From positions 1-54,744 of the IMG/VR virus record IMGVR_UViG_3300027996_000045: a stretch of 54,744 nt of DNA; one strand, written 5' to 3'. A program made the translations under genes and the position numbers. Positions 1-10,098 of the stretch are shown here, piece by piece (the stretch's first letter is position 1; every line of letters starts with the position of its first letter). Origin of the DNA: a virus (Duplodnaviria; Caudoviricetes). Below the pieces are notes generated by a model. The model saw nothing but the letters and a program-made list of their open reading frames with translations, did not search any database and was not told the DNA's origin.

Positions 1-70
1 ATAAAATCAGAGGAAAGATGCTGGACCACTTCTTGAACAGCTCTTCCAGCAGCCCGAATTGGCACCACCC
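1..70. repeat. Terminal direct repeat (circularity overlap), left copy
   Basis: Identical to 54656-54725. Confidence 0.95.
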
Positions 71-389
71 TGCACCTAGCTACGACAACGCTGACGACCT
101 GAAAAACCTGCCTGTCACGGAGCAAGCAACCGATGTGGCTACTGCCACTGTACTGGCTAGCGACATGAGGTATCGCGCATACAAAAGGCATCGAGTGCAA
201 TCAGTTCCTATTGGCGTTGTACCGATTTGCCACGTCAGACCCGATGATAACAACGAGCTGACAGCACCAACACCTCTAGATGATGTCATCATGAAATACA
301 TCGATGAGCTAGAAACAGCTTCACCCACAGCCGCTGTCGGCGAGCCACAAGGTGTCGTCGAAGCTGAAAACCAGTATGGATTTAGGTAG
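3..389 (+). CDS. C-terminal part of the gene starting at 53899
   Basis: Same frame and peptide as the end of the window. Confidence 0.75.
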   Translation, partial: KIRGKMLDHFLNSSSSSPNWHHPAPSYDNADDLKNLPVTEQATDVATATVLASDMRYRAYKRHRVQSVPIGVVPICHVRPDDNNELTAPTPLDDVIMKYIDELETASPTAAVGEPQGVVEAENQYGFR

Positions 390-397
390 AGGACTCA

Positions 398-1210
398 ATG
401 CCAAGCCCCGCTTTTAGTATCAACGGAAAACCTATCGGAGTTAAGGCACCCGTCGCCGCAGGCGGTGCAGTGTCAGCCTCTCTGGACAGCACAGTTGGCG
501 TAAGAACTGCCTCCTGGGAACTCATAAGGACTGACGACACCTCAACACCTGCAGGATACACTCTTCTTGTATCTGGACCGGTTAACGAGAACTGCTCGAC
601 GACGGCGCTAGGCGTAGGCACAAGCGCAGCGCTCCAGGTGACGATCAACTCCGGTCTTGATGAACAGACAAGCCTTCCAAGCGAAGAGACAAAGTACGTT
701 GTTAAGTTCTATGTCCCGACAACTGGCGGACTTGAGGTACTCAATGCCGGAGAGCTGGAAGATGACAACAGAGAATCATCTGCCGTCTTTGGAGCGGTTG
801 AGCCACTGAATGCAAGCATCCGACTGTCATCTGCGGGCTCAAGCTCTCCAACCTATATCAACCTAGTCTCATCAATATTTGACACGCAACTGACGACCTT
901 CACAACGGTCTCATCTGTCCCTATCGATGGAAGCAACTTTGTGAATGGGTCAAGTGTTCAGTTTGAATGTGTGCTGGAGACAGATAATGTGGCAGACGCT
1001 GCAGAGGTTCGTCTTTACAACAGGACCGCTGGCCTGCCCGTTGTTGCTATCAACATCGCTTTGACGTCTCCAACCATCCTAACTGCTCCACTTACGATTG
1101 GAACAGACATCCCCAACTCTCCTAACATCTACGAGGTCCAAGTTCGTCTAGTTACGACTGGGGCTCCCAACACAGCCAAGCTTGGCTCAGCACTAATCAG
1201 GAACCCATAA
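398..1210 (+). CDS. Putative tail/fibre-associated structural protein
   Basis: S/T/G/V-rich beta composition, GAGG RBS, tail gene context. Confidence 0.6.
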   Translation: MPSPAFSINGKPIGVKAPVAAGGAVSASLDSTVGVRTASWELIRTDDTSTPAGYTLLVSGPVNENCSTTALGVGTSAALQVTINSGLDEQTSLPSEETKYVVKFYVPTTGGLEVLNAGELEDDNRESSAVFGAVEPLNASIRLSSAGSSSPTYINLVSSIFDTQLTTFTTVSSVPIDGSNFVNGSSVQFECVLETDNVADAAEVRLYNRTAGLPVVAINIALTSPTILTAPLTIGTDIPNSPNIYEVQVRLVTTGAPNTAKLGSALIRNP

Positions 1211-1213
1211 AAG

Positions 1214-1618
1214 ATGTCTACCTACGATTATCAGCTTCTTCGAGTTAAGACGGGATTTGCAGACGACCCGGACTACTCTGCAACCCAAAGCGCTCCTCCA
1301 GAACTGGTCGTAATTGCCCCTCAAAAAGAGAGCATCGTTAACGTTCAGGTAGAGCTTGTCGTTGAATGGCTCGACGGAGCAGATGCTGTTGTTGCCGGCA
1401 AGGGCTCTTTTGACATTCATGTTGTTCGAGTTATTGACCGGGCGGACGGAAGCCAGATCGTTGTCGACAGCACTCTTCTCCAAAGCGTTGGGAACCGAGC
1501 TCTTCTAATTGATGATACCCGAGCCGGTGACCAGCTCGGCGTTCGCTTGAGCAACATTGTTCCCCCTGGAGCAGGTGCTGCGAAGTGCCGCGTTCTCTAC
1601 AAGGAAGGTCTTGAATAA
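1214..1618 (+). CDS. Hypothetical virion protein
   Basis: Tightly packed ORF, TAATG coupling to the next gene. Confidence 0.6.
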   Translation: MSTYDYQLLRVKTGFADDPDYSATQSAPPELVVIAPQKESIVNVQVELVVEWLDGADAVVAGKGSFDIHVVRVIDRADGSQIVVDSTLLQSVGNRALLIDDTRAGDQLGVRLSNIVPPGAGAAKCRVLYKEGLE

Positions 1619-3114
1619 TGTCTTTCAGAGAGTGGGGATCACCCAATAACGCAGGCGGCGGAGGCGGCGGCACTGTCCCTGACAATCTGCCTATGCAAGC
1701 TGTTGCAGACACGACTGCCCTGGGCGCCCTGTCAATTACAGCTTTGGACGATGGTTCTGTCGTGTCGATGCGGTCTGTTAAGGGCCTCTGGTATCTCGAC
1801 AAGACGTCAGCATTGACTGTTGATGGGATTACAATCATTGCAGCTAGCGGAGGGGCAGGCCGATGGATGCGCATGATTCAAAGCCACCTGTCTTGGCGGA
1901 AGCAGACCGCGTGGTTCATTAATCAGGGCGCAGGCAATGACGAGAACGACGGTCTGACTGCAGGCACGGCTTTAGCTAGCCATGACGAGTTTCAGCGCCG
2001 AGTTGCTGATGAAGACCAGCCAATCGACGTTGGCATGGTCGTCACATTCACAGCTGCCTACGTTGGAGACATCAAAAACACGGTTGGCGTAAGCCAGGTG
2101 TCACCTTACGGCTCAATCACGTATCAGGGGCAGCGAACCACCTTGTTCTCTGGAACCCTGACGGCCGCCACCGCGTGGGTGACAGGTACTACAGCAGGAA
2201 CGATATCAGATGCATCCATCGCTACCAGCTGGACAGCCAGCGGTGGCATGGGGAAGCTCTGCGTTTTGACTAGCGGGGCAGCATCAGGTTCAGCCTCCTG
2301 GCTGACGCTTGAGCCAGTCGCGAAGACAGCTCGATATTCTGGCTTCTTCAATGACTCTACTTTCGCAGTTTCAGACCCTGCGGGGACAGAGACATACGAC
2401 GTTGTGGACCTAACTCAAATCACAGGGAAGGTGACCCAGGTTGGAGACGGATACACAGTGTTCAAGAACATCGCTTTCCGAAGCCCAGGCGGTTTTGACA
2501 CTCAGGTCCAGGTGTATGGAGGCTACGTGGCCTTCACCTTCTGCGACATCGAGTGCAACACGATGAACTACTCAGGCGGAGGTACCTTCGGGCACTCACT
2601 CCTAGGGTCTAAAATCAACGCCTCTTCAGGAAGGCCAAAGTTCTTTAACTGTGACATCTCAATGTACGCGAGCTGGTTCCTGTCGAACACTCCATTCGCT
2701 AGCTCTGGCTCCCGCATCAACCTGCCTGCTCGAAACGTTGCCCAGCAGGCATCAGGCGGAGCGGTTATCGACAAGGCAATATCAGCTGAAGCAGATGGCC
2801 GTGTCACAATTGTCCTTGGTGGTGAATGGTGCGTCTTGGACCTAGTAAGCGCTGCAAGCCGAGCCCTTCGATGCGGCAAGTTTGGCCGCGTAGAGGTCGA
2901 TGCATCAAGCGTTGTTTGGGGACTGGGAAACACAATGGACCACGCCGTTGAAGTAGACAGCGGAGGCACGCTAATCTTTGCCCAGCCTGCTGCAACACGA
3001 TTCCAAGTCAGCGGCACGACGGTTTCTGAAGTCCTAGTCGGAGCTGTTCAAAGCACCTTCGCAGGATTGCCTGTTAATGACCTAGGGAAAGCAGCATTTG
3101 CGAGTGAACTATGA
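1618..3114 (+). CDS. Tailspike / beta-helix receptor-binding protein
   Basis: N-terminal DG.T.I...GRW tailspike motif, beta-helix cap-like WFINQGAGNDENDG, G/S/T-rich body. Confidence 0.65.
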   Translation: MSFREWGSPNNAGGGGGGTVPDNLPMQAVADTTALGALSITALDDGSVVSMRSVKGLWYLDKTSALTVDGITIIAASGGAGRWMRMIQSHLSWRKQTAWFINQGAGNDENDGLTAGTALASHDEFQRRVADEDQPIDVGMVVTFTAAYVGDIKNTVGVSQVSPYGSITYQGQRTTLFSGTLTAATAWVTGTTAGTISDASIATSWTASGGMGKLCVLTSGAASGSASWLTLEPVAKTARYSGFFNDSTFAVSDPAGTETYDVVDLTQITGKVTQVGDGYTVFKNIAFRSPGGFDTQVQVYGGYVAFTFCDIECNTMNYSGGGTFGHSLLGSKINASSGRPKFFNCDISMYASWFLSNTPFASSGSRINLPARNVAQQASGGAVIDKAISAEADGRVTIVLGGEWCVLDLVSAASRALRCGKFGRVEVDASSVVWGLGNTMDHAVEVDSGGTLIFAQPAATRFQVSGTTVSEVLVGAVQSTFAGLPVNDLGKAAFASEL

Positions 3115-3263
3115 TCGTAGTTGATATTCAAAACATGGATGAGTTTGACCAAGCTCGCTCAGAAAACCCAGAAGCAATCATCCGCCTCGTGCTGGATGAA
3201 GTTTGCTGCACACTGTTTTTCCCACACGGACACCCCGTGGGCCGACATGTAGTGAGGTGCTGA
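3111..3263 (+). CDS. Small hypothetical protein (50 aa, not in ORF track)
   Basis: ATGA overlap with the upstream stop; MIVVDIQNMDEFDQARSENPEAIIRL... fills the gap. Confidence 0.55.
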   Translation: MIVVDIQNMDEFDQARSENPEAIIRLVLDEVCCTLFFPHGHPVGRHVVRC

Positions 3264-3264
3264 C

Positions 3265-3804
3265 GTGGCCATCTCAAGCAAAGGCGCCATCGGCGCAGAG
3301 CTGCTAGAGCTAGCCGATGGACAAGGAGCCGCCGTAGCCTCTGCATCCACAGTTAGAATCAGAGCCAACGCCGCAACTGGCAAAGCAGAGGTGTCTGCTT
3401 TTGGTGGTTCGTATGCTGCCATGGGGGGCGTCTTTGGAGAAGACTACGGAGGAGCCTCCGACCGGTCTCGAACGACGACTACATCTGCAACTTTTCAAAC
3501 CAAAGTGGCGCTGGTCACGCCGGTCCTGACTGGAAGTTACATAGTTCGCTGGGCGGCGCTTGTTGAACAGTCTTCGACTGTGTCGCAGATTGAGGCTCGG
3601 CTACAGAACACCACGATGGGGTACTCTATGGGGGCCTGGCAACTTATACAGCCGCATGCGGCCATCAACCGAATGATAATGGGTGGCTCAGTCGGATTCA
3701 GCTTGGCAGCCGCGAGCAACACGTTTGAGATTCAATACCGAGCGCTTGGAGGAAACACGGCTGCAATCCAAGACGCAGTGATTGACTTTTGGAGGACCGG
3801 ATAA
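3265..3804 (+). CDS. Short fibre protein with shared N-terminal module
   Basis: GTG start with GAGG RBS; N-terminus homologous to the 4420 and 5109 ORFs. Confidence 0.7.
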   Translation: MAISSKGAIGAELLELADGQGAAVASASTVRIRANAATGKAEVSAFGGSYAAMGGVFGEDYGGASDRSRTTTTSATFQTKVALVTPVLTGSYIVRWAALVEQSSTVSQIEARLQNTTMGYSMGAWQLIQPHAAINRMIMGGSVGFSLAAASNTFEIQYRALGGNTAAIQDAVIDFWRTG

Positions 3805-3806
3805 CC

Positions 3807-4406
3807 ATGGCATTCCCTAACTACACTACAGCAGACACAAGCGACGGAACATTGGACATTGCTCTGCTTTCTAAGCAGATTGAGTCAGACTCACAACTGG
3901 CTGCCGGTATTTCGTTTGACGGCATCAACCGGTCTGATGATGACTTTACTCTGCTTTTTGACAGCACGCCGAGCCCCGGTGACCAGTCCCAGTGCGACGC
4001 GATTGTAGCCGCACACAGCGGGCTGTCTTCCTTCAAGGACGGGCTTGTCGCGGAGCTTAAAGCTCATCGCAGCAGACGCCTAGAGTCACACATCAAGGCT
4101 GAGTACCCAGCAGATTCTGGCAACCTGTTCTCTTGTTCACAAAAGAGCCAAGGCGAGTGGACTAAACTCGTCAGCATGCATATGCAGGGCTTGGTGGTGT
4201 ACCCGTTTCGGGTCTACACTTTTGACGAGCGAGGAAGCTACGACTTAGCTGACGCCGCCGACTTGAACGGGGCAATAGCAGTCGTCTCTGCTGCCGTTCT
4301 CGCTGAGCGGTCTCTTGCCCAGGGCTACATTGACGCGACTTTAGCAGCAGCAGATGAGTCAGCTGCAACAGAAGCTGCTGCACCCTACAAAGCTCTCACC
4401 GTTTGA
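3807..4406 (+). CDS. Putative tail fibre assembly protein (DUF4376-like C-terminus)
   Basis: Lies between fibre genes; helical C-terminal half. Confidence 0.45.
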   Translation: MAFPNYTTADTSDGTLDIALLSKQIESDSQLAAGISFDGINRSDDDFTLLFDSTPSPGDQSQCDAIVAAHSGLSSFKDGLVAELKAHRSRRLESHIKAEYPADSGNLFSCSQKSQGEWTKLVSMHMQGLVVYPFRVYTFDERGSYDLADAADLNGAIAVVSAAVLAERSLAQGYIDATLAAADESAATEAAAPYKALTV

Positions 4407-4419
4407 CTGAGGTACTCCA

Positions 4420-5109
4420 ATGGCAATTTCAAGCAAAGGCGCAATAGGCGCAGAAATCTTAGAGATTAGCAACGGCGCGAGCTCTGCTTTGTCTTCTGGA
4501 ACAACAGTTAGAATCAGAGCAAACATTGGCACGGGCAAGCTTGAGGTTTCAGAGTTTGGCGGAGCCTATGCTGCCATCGGAGGAAGTGTTAACTTGCCAG
4601 CAGATGAGACGGTATACAGTTTCGCCAGAAACCTGTACGCCGGCGGCCTCAACGCAAGCATGGGAAGTTCCGCAAGCTTCACGCAAGGCGTGGCAATTGC
4701 TCCGGTACAAGAGCGCATCATCACAGGCGTTCGCTTCTGGTCCAACTTGGTGTCGCCAGTCGACTTCAAGGTATCTATCTGGGACACAGACACGGGTGCG
4801 CGCGTTGCTGACGGGACCGCAACAGTCCCGGCCGGAGACGCCTTCTATGAAGTGTCTTTTTCTACGCCGTATACGTTCACCGCAGCAGACCTAGGAACAG
4901 AGTTTCGCATCACGCTTTACCATGTATCGGGCACCGCATATCCGCGAGCCACCTCAAACAATTACTTCGTCCCAGCCATCCCTTTCTCGGCTGGTGTATA
5001 CATCCAAGACGCCTATAGTTACTTTAACTCAGGTGACGCTTACCCAAGTTTAGTAACGGGCTCAGAGTACTATATGCTTGAACCGGTACTCGGAAAGGTG
5101 ACCGCATAA
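4420..5109 (+). CDS. Fibre protein with shared N-terminal module and DUF4082-like beta-sandwich
   Basis: ITGVRFW...VSIWD...EVSFSTP pattern; GAGG RBS. Confidence 0.65.
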   Translation: MAISSKGAIGAEILEISNGASSALSSGTTVRIRANIGTGKLEVSEFGGAYAAIGGSVNLPADETVYSFARNLYAGGLNASMGSSASFTQGVAIAPVQERIITGVRFWSNLVSPVDFKVSIWDTDTGARVADGTATVPAGDAFYEVSFSTPYTFTAADLGTEFRITLYHVSGTAYPRATSNNYFVPAIPFSAGVYIQDAYSYFNSGDAYPSLVTGSEYYMLEPVLGKVTA

Positions 5110-7403
5110 TGTCCATCTCCACTAAAGGCCCAGCAGGGTCAGAAGTCCTTGAACTAGACGACGGCCAGAGCGCCGGACTGTCCTCTGCATCCAGTGTTCG
5201 CATTCGAGCAAACGCTGCAACAAGCAAAGCAGAGGTGTCTGCTTTTGGTGGCGCCTATGCGACCCTCGGCGCCCCCGTAGGAACTGGCAACACCTTATGG
5301 GTTGACGCACTACTGGGCGACGACGCCACAGCCATAACTGACAGACAGGACAAGCCTTACCTCACGGTCGGAGCTGCTCTTGGAGCCTCCACTTCGGGTG
5401 ACTTGGTTCAAGTGCGGCCTGGCACTTACACGGAAACAGGGCTCACCCTGCCGGCAGGTGTTTCGCTGAAAGGGTCGGGCTGGACTGTTACGTATATCGG
5501 CGACGCGGCTGGGGCTGCGAACGTGCTAGCCATGGGGGCCGGTTGTGCAATCGAAGGCATCACTGTCGTTGTACCAGCCGGAGCGTTTGCTGGAATCGTG
5601 CATAGCGCGGGAACCGGCTCCGTGGTCGCCATCAACATTCAAGGAACCGGAACGACCGGGTCGGGTTGGGGTATCTATAAAAACGGCGCCGGCAAACTCA
5701 TCGGCGGAAACATCCGCAATGAGCAGGGCGGACTTGCCAGCTTTCTACTAGTGAACTCCGGTGTGCTTGCACTGGATGACGTTCACATGCCCCAGAGCGC
5801 AGGCGCTACCGGTAGCGCTTTGCACGCTCTCAACACTGGCACCTTTCAAGGCCAAGGGTTTAACTGCGGCAACGGCAACTGTACCGACGGCATCCTGATG
5901 GCGGGGACTGCTCTGGCCCGCATATACTCTCCCAACATCTTCGACGTCACCAATGCTGTGCACTTCACGTCAGACGGGGTTAGCTTAACCATCTTGGGCG
6001 GACGCATCGGTTCCGTGACACTGTCTGTCCTGCTGGACCCAGCGCTTACTGGGGCCGGGTCTGCTGTTCGTGTTCTTGGAACAGTGATCGAGCCGTTGTT
6101 CTTTTTCCCTCCCGCTGCGGCAGCAAACACCGACTTCGCTCTCCAGTTCAACCAGGAGGCAACTAATCTCCGCGAGACGCGCCAGCGGCTAATTGGTGGA
6201 GACATGGCGCTCGGCTTCCCGGAGCTAGGCAGCGCACTGTCTGTCGGCAGGGGCGAGCCTTATAGTGACAACATAAAAGTAGTGACCAGCGACTCAACTG
6301 CGACGAGTACAACACTTGGCGGAAGCCTGACGGACGTCACTGCGGAAGCGCAGAGCAGGACCAGCTCGACGTTTACCTTCCAGGGTGTAGCCGCAGACCA
6401 CTGCATATACATCGCCACAAATCGACAGGACGCTACGGGGACTCCGCTTAAGCACTGGGGCCACGTATTTGACCAGGTTGTGGCTGGCGTAGGCGGAAGC
6501 TATGTCTGCGAGATATGGAACGGCAGCGCATGGGTTGACGTGAGTGTGATGGCGAGCAGCGAGGCTGAGTTGTATCGGTATGCCAACTCCGTGTTCTTGC
6601 GAGCGTCCTCTACAGAAACGGTCCAACTTGGAGCAGACGAGAACACGGCCTGGACGACGAACACAGTAGACGGCGTGACCAGCTACTGGACGCGCTGGCG
6701 GATTGCCACAGGTTTAACCACTGCCCCTGAGTGGGAGAGGGTTAGGCTAGAGGAATCGAGCGCGTCGACAAACCGGCTTGGGCAACTTAAAGCACGCGGG
6801 TTGGCGCGCTGGCGCTCTCAGCTATTCGGTGTTGGGAACGTGTGGGGTGAAGTCGGTGGAGGAGGAGCAGCCGATGCCAACATCGATGTTGGGTCAGGCG
6901 GGGCGCCCACGGGATGGACGCAAAAGATTAAGAAAGGTGGCTTGAACTCGAACGGTGACTCCATCTCGTTTCAGTTTCAGATTCCTGAAGGCATCTGCAC
7001 TGCGTTTCCCTTGTATTTTAACCTGCACTATTCCTACTATGGCGTGAACACTCCAGTGACTGCGGGAGCAGACGTCATCATCAGTTATTTGGTTCTCGCG
7101 AGCGGGAACGTAGATATCGCGGACAGCGCGGGTGCGATTGTCCCAGTCAAGCGGGCTGCCACAGATGCGGAGGGCTATGAAAGCAAAGCTGCGGTTGCTC
7201 TTACCGAGACCGGAGCGACTGGAGCTATCTTAGCCACTCCGCAGGTTCTGCGGTTTGGGCCTGTTGATATCTCTGACTACTACGTAGGCGACCAAGTCGT
7301 CATGCGGATCGAGATGGATCAAGAGACGACACCCGCGAACGATCTAGCCGTATGGACGCTCGTAGCAGATGGCGTCCGGTTTACAACTGGGGATAGACTC
7401 TGA
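5109..7403 (+). CDS. Tailspike, pectate-lyase-like beta-helix, with shared N-terminal module
   Basis: LWVD...GDD...KPYLTV.AAL...GD.VQVRPGTY beta-helix cap motif. Confidence 0.75.
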   Translation: MSISTKGPAGSEVLELDDGQSAGLSSASSVRIRANAATSKAEVSAFGGAYATLGAPVGTGNTLWVDALLGDDATAITDRQDKPYLTVGAALGASTSGDLVQVRPGTYTETGLTLPAGVSLKGSGWTVTYIGDAAGAANVLAMGAGCAIEGITVVVPAGAFAGIVHSAGTGSVVAINIQGTGTTGSGWGIYKNGAGKLIGGNIRNEQGGLASFLLVNSGVLALDDVHMPQSAGATGSALHALNTGTFQGQGFNCGNGNCTDGILMAGTALARIYSPNIFDVTNAVHFTSDGVSLTILGGRIGSVTLSVLLDPALTGAGSAVRVLGTVIEPLFFFPPAAAANTDFALQFNQEATNLRETRQRLIGGDMALGFPELGSALSVGRGEPYSDNIKVVTSDSTATSTTLGGSLTDVTAEAQSRTSSTFTFQGVAADHCIYIATNRQDATGTPLKHWGHVFDQVVAGVGGSYVCEIWNGSAWVDVSVMASSEAELYRYANSVFLRASSTETVQLGADENTAWTTNTVDGVTSYWTRWRIATGLTTAPEWERVRLEESSASTNRLGQLKARGLARWRSQLFGVGNVWGEVGGGGAADANIDVGSGGAPTGWTQKIKKGGLNSNGDSISFQFQIPEGICTAFPLYFNLHYSYYGVNTPVTAGADVIISYLVLASGNVDIADSAGAIVPVKRAATDAEGYESKAAVALTETGATGAILATPQVLRFGPVDISDYYVGDQVVMRIEMDQETTPANDLAVWTLVADGVRFTTGDRL

Positions 7404-7580
7404 TGGCTGTTGTTGCCTATACCAGAGTGTCAGACACTTCCTTGCTTCCCTTGATGCCGTAGCGTCTCTTTTGGCAAAAGGAAGGTCGGTTATGCTGCGA
7501 ACGCCGGATAAGCGGACCTGATAAGCAACAACCAGGATAGAGCGCGAGTTGTTTAAGAAGATGTGTAGAGTAGTGCAGGA

Positions 7581-7607
7581 GCGGGAAGCCCGCTTCGTGT
7601 GTTTTTG
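7581..7607 (+). terminator. Possible intrinsic terminator after the tailspike cluster
   Basis: GCGGG-AAG-CCCGC hairpin followed by a T-rich tract. Confidence 0.4.
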
Positions 7608-7629
7608 TCTGAATGAAAGGGTTAGTTTT

Positions 7630-7941
7630 ATGCCTGAATTGAAAACAATTATTGAGTGGTTTATGAGCGGCAACGGCCGCTTGGCAGCGGGAGCCTCGCT
7701 GTTCCTACTTATGTGGCTGATCCAGTCTGTTCCAAAGGTAAAACAATGGCTTGACCAGGACAGCGGAAAGCTCACAAGTGGAAGGAAGAAAGCAGCTGCA
7801 AACGTTCTTCTCGCAATGGCCCCTGTTGCCGTTGCTTTGACACAAGACAAGCCTCTTATGGAAGCTTTTGCTACTGCAATCGTTGCCGCGACATCAGCCT
7901 CTGGAATTCATTCCCTAGGCAAATCTGCACTGGGAAAGTAA
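7630..7941 (+). CDS. Putative holin
   Basis: ~100 aa with 2-3 hydrophobic segments at the start of the lysis cluster. Confidence 0.55.
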   Translation: MPELKTIIEWFMSGNGRLAAGASLFLLMWLIQSVPKVKQWLDQDSGKLTSGRKKAAANVLLAMAPVAVALTQDKPLMEAFATAIVAATSASGIHSLGKSALGK

Positions 7942-7942
7942 A

Positions 7943-8239
7943 ATGCAAACCGAAGTTATAAACGCCCTTGTTCAGTATGGGCTGCCATCTACGCTGCTTG
8001 CTGCTGTCAGCTATGCGTTTTATGGCTTCATCAAGCAAAGGGATGAGGATTTTTCAGAGCAATCCAAAGACTTCTCAGACCAAATAAAAGCTAAAGACAA
8101 AGAAATTGCCAGACTCAATGAAGAGCGAGTCAAGGAACACAGACAATGCATGGAGAAGCTAAGAAAAATATCGGACAATGCTCTGCAGATGACACACGCT
8201 CTATCGAGCTTGAGCGAGTTAGAACTGACCGACGAGTAG
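7943..8239 (+). CDS. Membrane protein (holin/antiholin-like): one TM plus coiled coil
   Basis: N-terminal TM (LVQYGLPSTLLAAVSYAFYGFI) followed by a charged coil. Confidence 0.5.
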   Translation: MQTEVINALVQYGLPSTLLAAVSYAFYGFIKQRDEDFSEQSKDFSDQIKAKDKEIARLNEERVKEHRQCMEKLRKISDNALQMTHALSSLSELELTDE

Positions 8240-8325
8240 AAGAGGCTGTTCAGAGCATGCGTGAGATCACACAGAAGATCATCCGTAAGCTCAGAACCGA
8301 TTCATCAAAAGAACGAGTCGCATGA
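8146..8325 (+). CDS. Small overlapping hypothetical protein (59 aa, not in ORF track)
   Basis: AAGGA RBS; MHGEAKKN...KERVA; its stop overlaps the ATG of 8322. Confidence 0.45.
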   Translation: MHGEAKKNIGQCSADDTRSIELERVRTDRRVEEAVQSMREITQKIIRKLRTDSSKERVA

Positions 8326-8747
8326 AAAAGCTTATTATTGTATCTCTGTTTTTCCTTGTTGGCTGCTTTGAGAGCTACGGCAAGGTTGCTTCGACGGCAG
8401 TCGACCAGGCAGTTGTTGCTAACAACACGCTCGTGTCACTGCTTGAGCAAGCCCAGGCCATTACTAAGAACAAGCGCAAGTCACTGCTTAAGCAGATTGC
8501 CACCTCTGCAGCGACGCAAGCTCAAGGAGAGGCCGACATGGCAAAGGTCTCTCAAAAGTATGAGCCTATCTTCAATGCTTTTAAGAAGGCAGAAGTTCTT
8601 CAGAACTCGCTAGCAGATACCCTTGTTGCATCTCAAGCAGCACTGAAGGCAGGAAAGTCGCCCAATCTTAGCAGTGCAATCGAGCTTTACTCAAAGCTTC
8701 AGCAAGCACACGCTTCCATAGCTAAATCACTCGCGGAGCTGCAATGA
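8322..8747 (+). CDS. Lipoprotein (possible spanin component)
   Basis: MKK, hydrophobic core, LVGC lipobox; helical mature region. Confidence 0.65.
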   Translation: MKKLIIVSLFFLVGCFESYGKVASTAVDQAVVANNTLVSLLEQAQAITKNKRKSLLKQIATSAATQAQGEADMAKVSQKYEPIFNAFKKAEVLQNSLADTLVASQAALKAGKSPNLSSAIELYSKLQQAHASIAKSLAELQ

Positions 8748-8935
8748 TGTTGTCACTTATTGAACCGATTCTAGCTGCAGCAGGCAAAGCAATTGCTGCT
8801 GCAACAAAAGAAGCCAACGATGGCAACCAAGAAGCAGCAGAGCGAATCGTGAAAAAGTTTGTAGCAGCCAGTCAAATCGACCTTGATGAAGACATGGCAG
8901 AAGCTTATGAGTTACTAGAGAAACGGTTTGAATAG
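8744..8935 (+). CDS. Small hypothetical protein
   Basis: ATGA-coupled ORF in the lysis cluster. Confidence 0.55.
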   Translation: MMLSLIEPILAAAGKAIAAATKEANDGNQEAAERIVKKFVAASQIDLDEDMAEAYELLEKRFE

Positions 8936-9551
8936 CACCGTTATCATGGTTGTCTGGGCCATACTCCAGACAAGGCCATCGATGCCGATTCATCAGGCAG
9001 TCTCCTACGCGAAGGCTGCCGTTTCTTTTTCTAAGAAGGCCAAGTTTCACCCTCTGACGCCGGTGGCCATCATTCACCATGAGAGCGGATGGAGGGCTTC
9101 TGCAATCAGTAGAGACAAGGAAGATATAGGCCTTGGACAAGTCAGATCTCGGTTTATCGGAGCTTGCAGAAAAGATCCCTCGCCCGTAAAAAACCCAGGC
9201 CCAGAGTGTCGTGCTGTTCGGGCTCGACTTCAGGGGGGTGTGTATAATATAAAACATGTCCTGGCCTCTCTTAAGGCCTGGAGGAAGCTCTGCAAAAAGA
9301 AGACAGGCAAAGCTCTTTTTCGCGATGTTTTGATGGGATACGGGGGTCTTACGAGGCCCAAGAGTGGCCAGTGGTGTGGCCTGGTAAGGAAAAAAGGCAG
9401 ATGGAAAAGAACCAAGACTCCGTGGGTCGTGCGCAGGATCTTAAAAAGGCGCCGACGCCTCGTAAGAGAATGGGCCAAGTGTCGAAGACGCTGCACCGAG
9501 TATCGTTCTCTGCGCAGCAAGTTGATGCGATGGCAAAAGAAAAAGCGCTAG
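8928..9551 (+). CDS. Lytic transglycosylase (SLT-like), very basic
   Basis: AIIHHESG catalytic Glu motif and DIGLGQV motif; hydrophobic N-terminus. Confidence 0.75.
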   Translation: MNSTVIMVVWAILQTRPSMPIHQAVSYAKAAVSFSKKAKFHPLTPVAIIHHESGWRASAISRDKEDIGLGQVRSRFIGACRKDPSPVKNPGPECRAVRARLQGGVYNIKHVLASLKAWRKLCKKKTGKALFRDVLMGYGGLTRPKSGQWCGLVRKKGRWKRTKTPWVVRRILKRRRRLVREWAKCRRRCTEYRSLRSKLMRWQKKKR

Positions 9552-9658
9552 ACATGCTTCAGACTTCAGGACTGCGACTCGACGTGATGTCCTTTGCCCA
9601 GTCTGCTTTGGTGACAAGGCGAGATGATGGCGGGGTAGATATCGAGGTCATCCTGTGA
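9470..9658 (+). CDS. Hypothetical protein
   Basis: Its stop overlaps the GTG of 9655. Confidence 0.45.
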   Translation: MGQVSKTLHRVSFSAQQVDAMAKEKALDMLQTSGLRLDVMSFAQSALVTRRDDGGVDIEVIL

Positions 9659-10098
9659 CCGACACCTCTTCAACCATGTACCTGTGGCTAGCATTCGTCA
9701 TAGGAGGTCTTGGCTATTGCTTTACCTGGATGTTTGTACGAATGACCTCAAGACGGACGCTCCCGAAGCAGCATGCTGAAGTTCGAGAGCAGGTGATTTA
9801 CACCTGTATGAGATGGATTGAGGCCGAGCAAGAGCGGCTATACTGCGAGCACGAGCTGGTTCGGTTGCGGGAGTCGGCGCCCGACGAGCAAAGCCTCTGG
9901 ATTGTTCACAGCATGGAGCAGCTTCGGTCGCTCCCTCCGGTGTTCGTTCATCTCTCAAGACGGTTCGGTTTCAAGGTTCCAGATCATGACCACGCACGGT
10001 CACCTGAGCCCTCGATGGCATTCGCTGTAGAGCAAGAAGAACAAACAGAAGAAGAAAGCGCATGGGGCTCCTATGAAGATTCAGGAAGCAGTTTATAA
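9655..10098 (+). CDS. Hypothetical membrane protein
   Basis: N-terminal TM segment; GAGG RBS. Confidence 0.55.
   Translation: MTDTSSTMYLWLAFVIGGLGYCFTWMFVRMTSRRTLPKQHAEVREQVIYTCMRWIEAEQERLYCEHELVRLRESAPDEQSLWIVHSMEQLRSLPPVFVHLSRRFGFKVPDHDHARSPEPSMAFAVEQEEQTEEESAWGSYEDSGSSL

Noticed and set aside
3265-7403. Diversity-generating retroelement or shufflon acting on fibre genes
   Set aside because: No reverse transcriptase or invertase; the repeats are direct, N-terminal and not adenine-specific variants.
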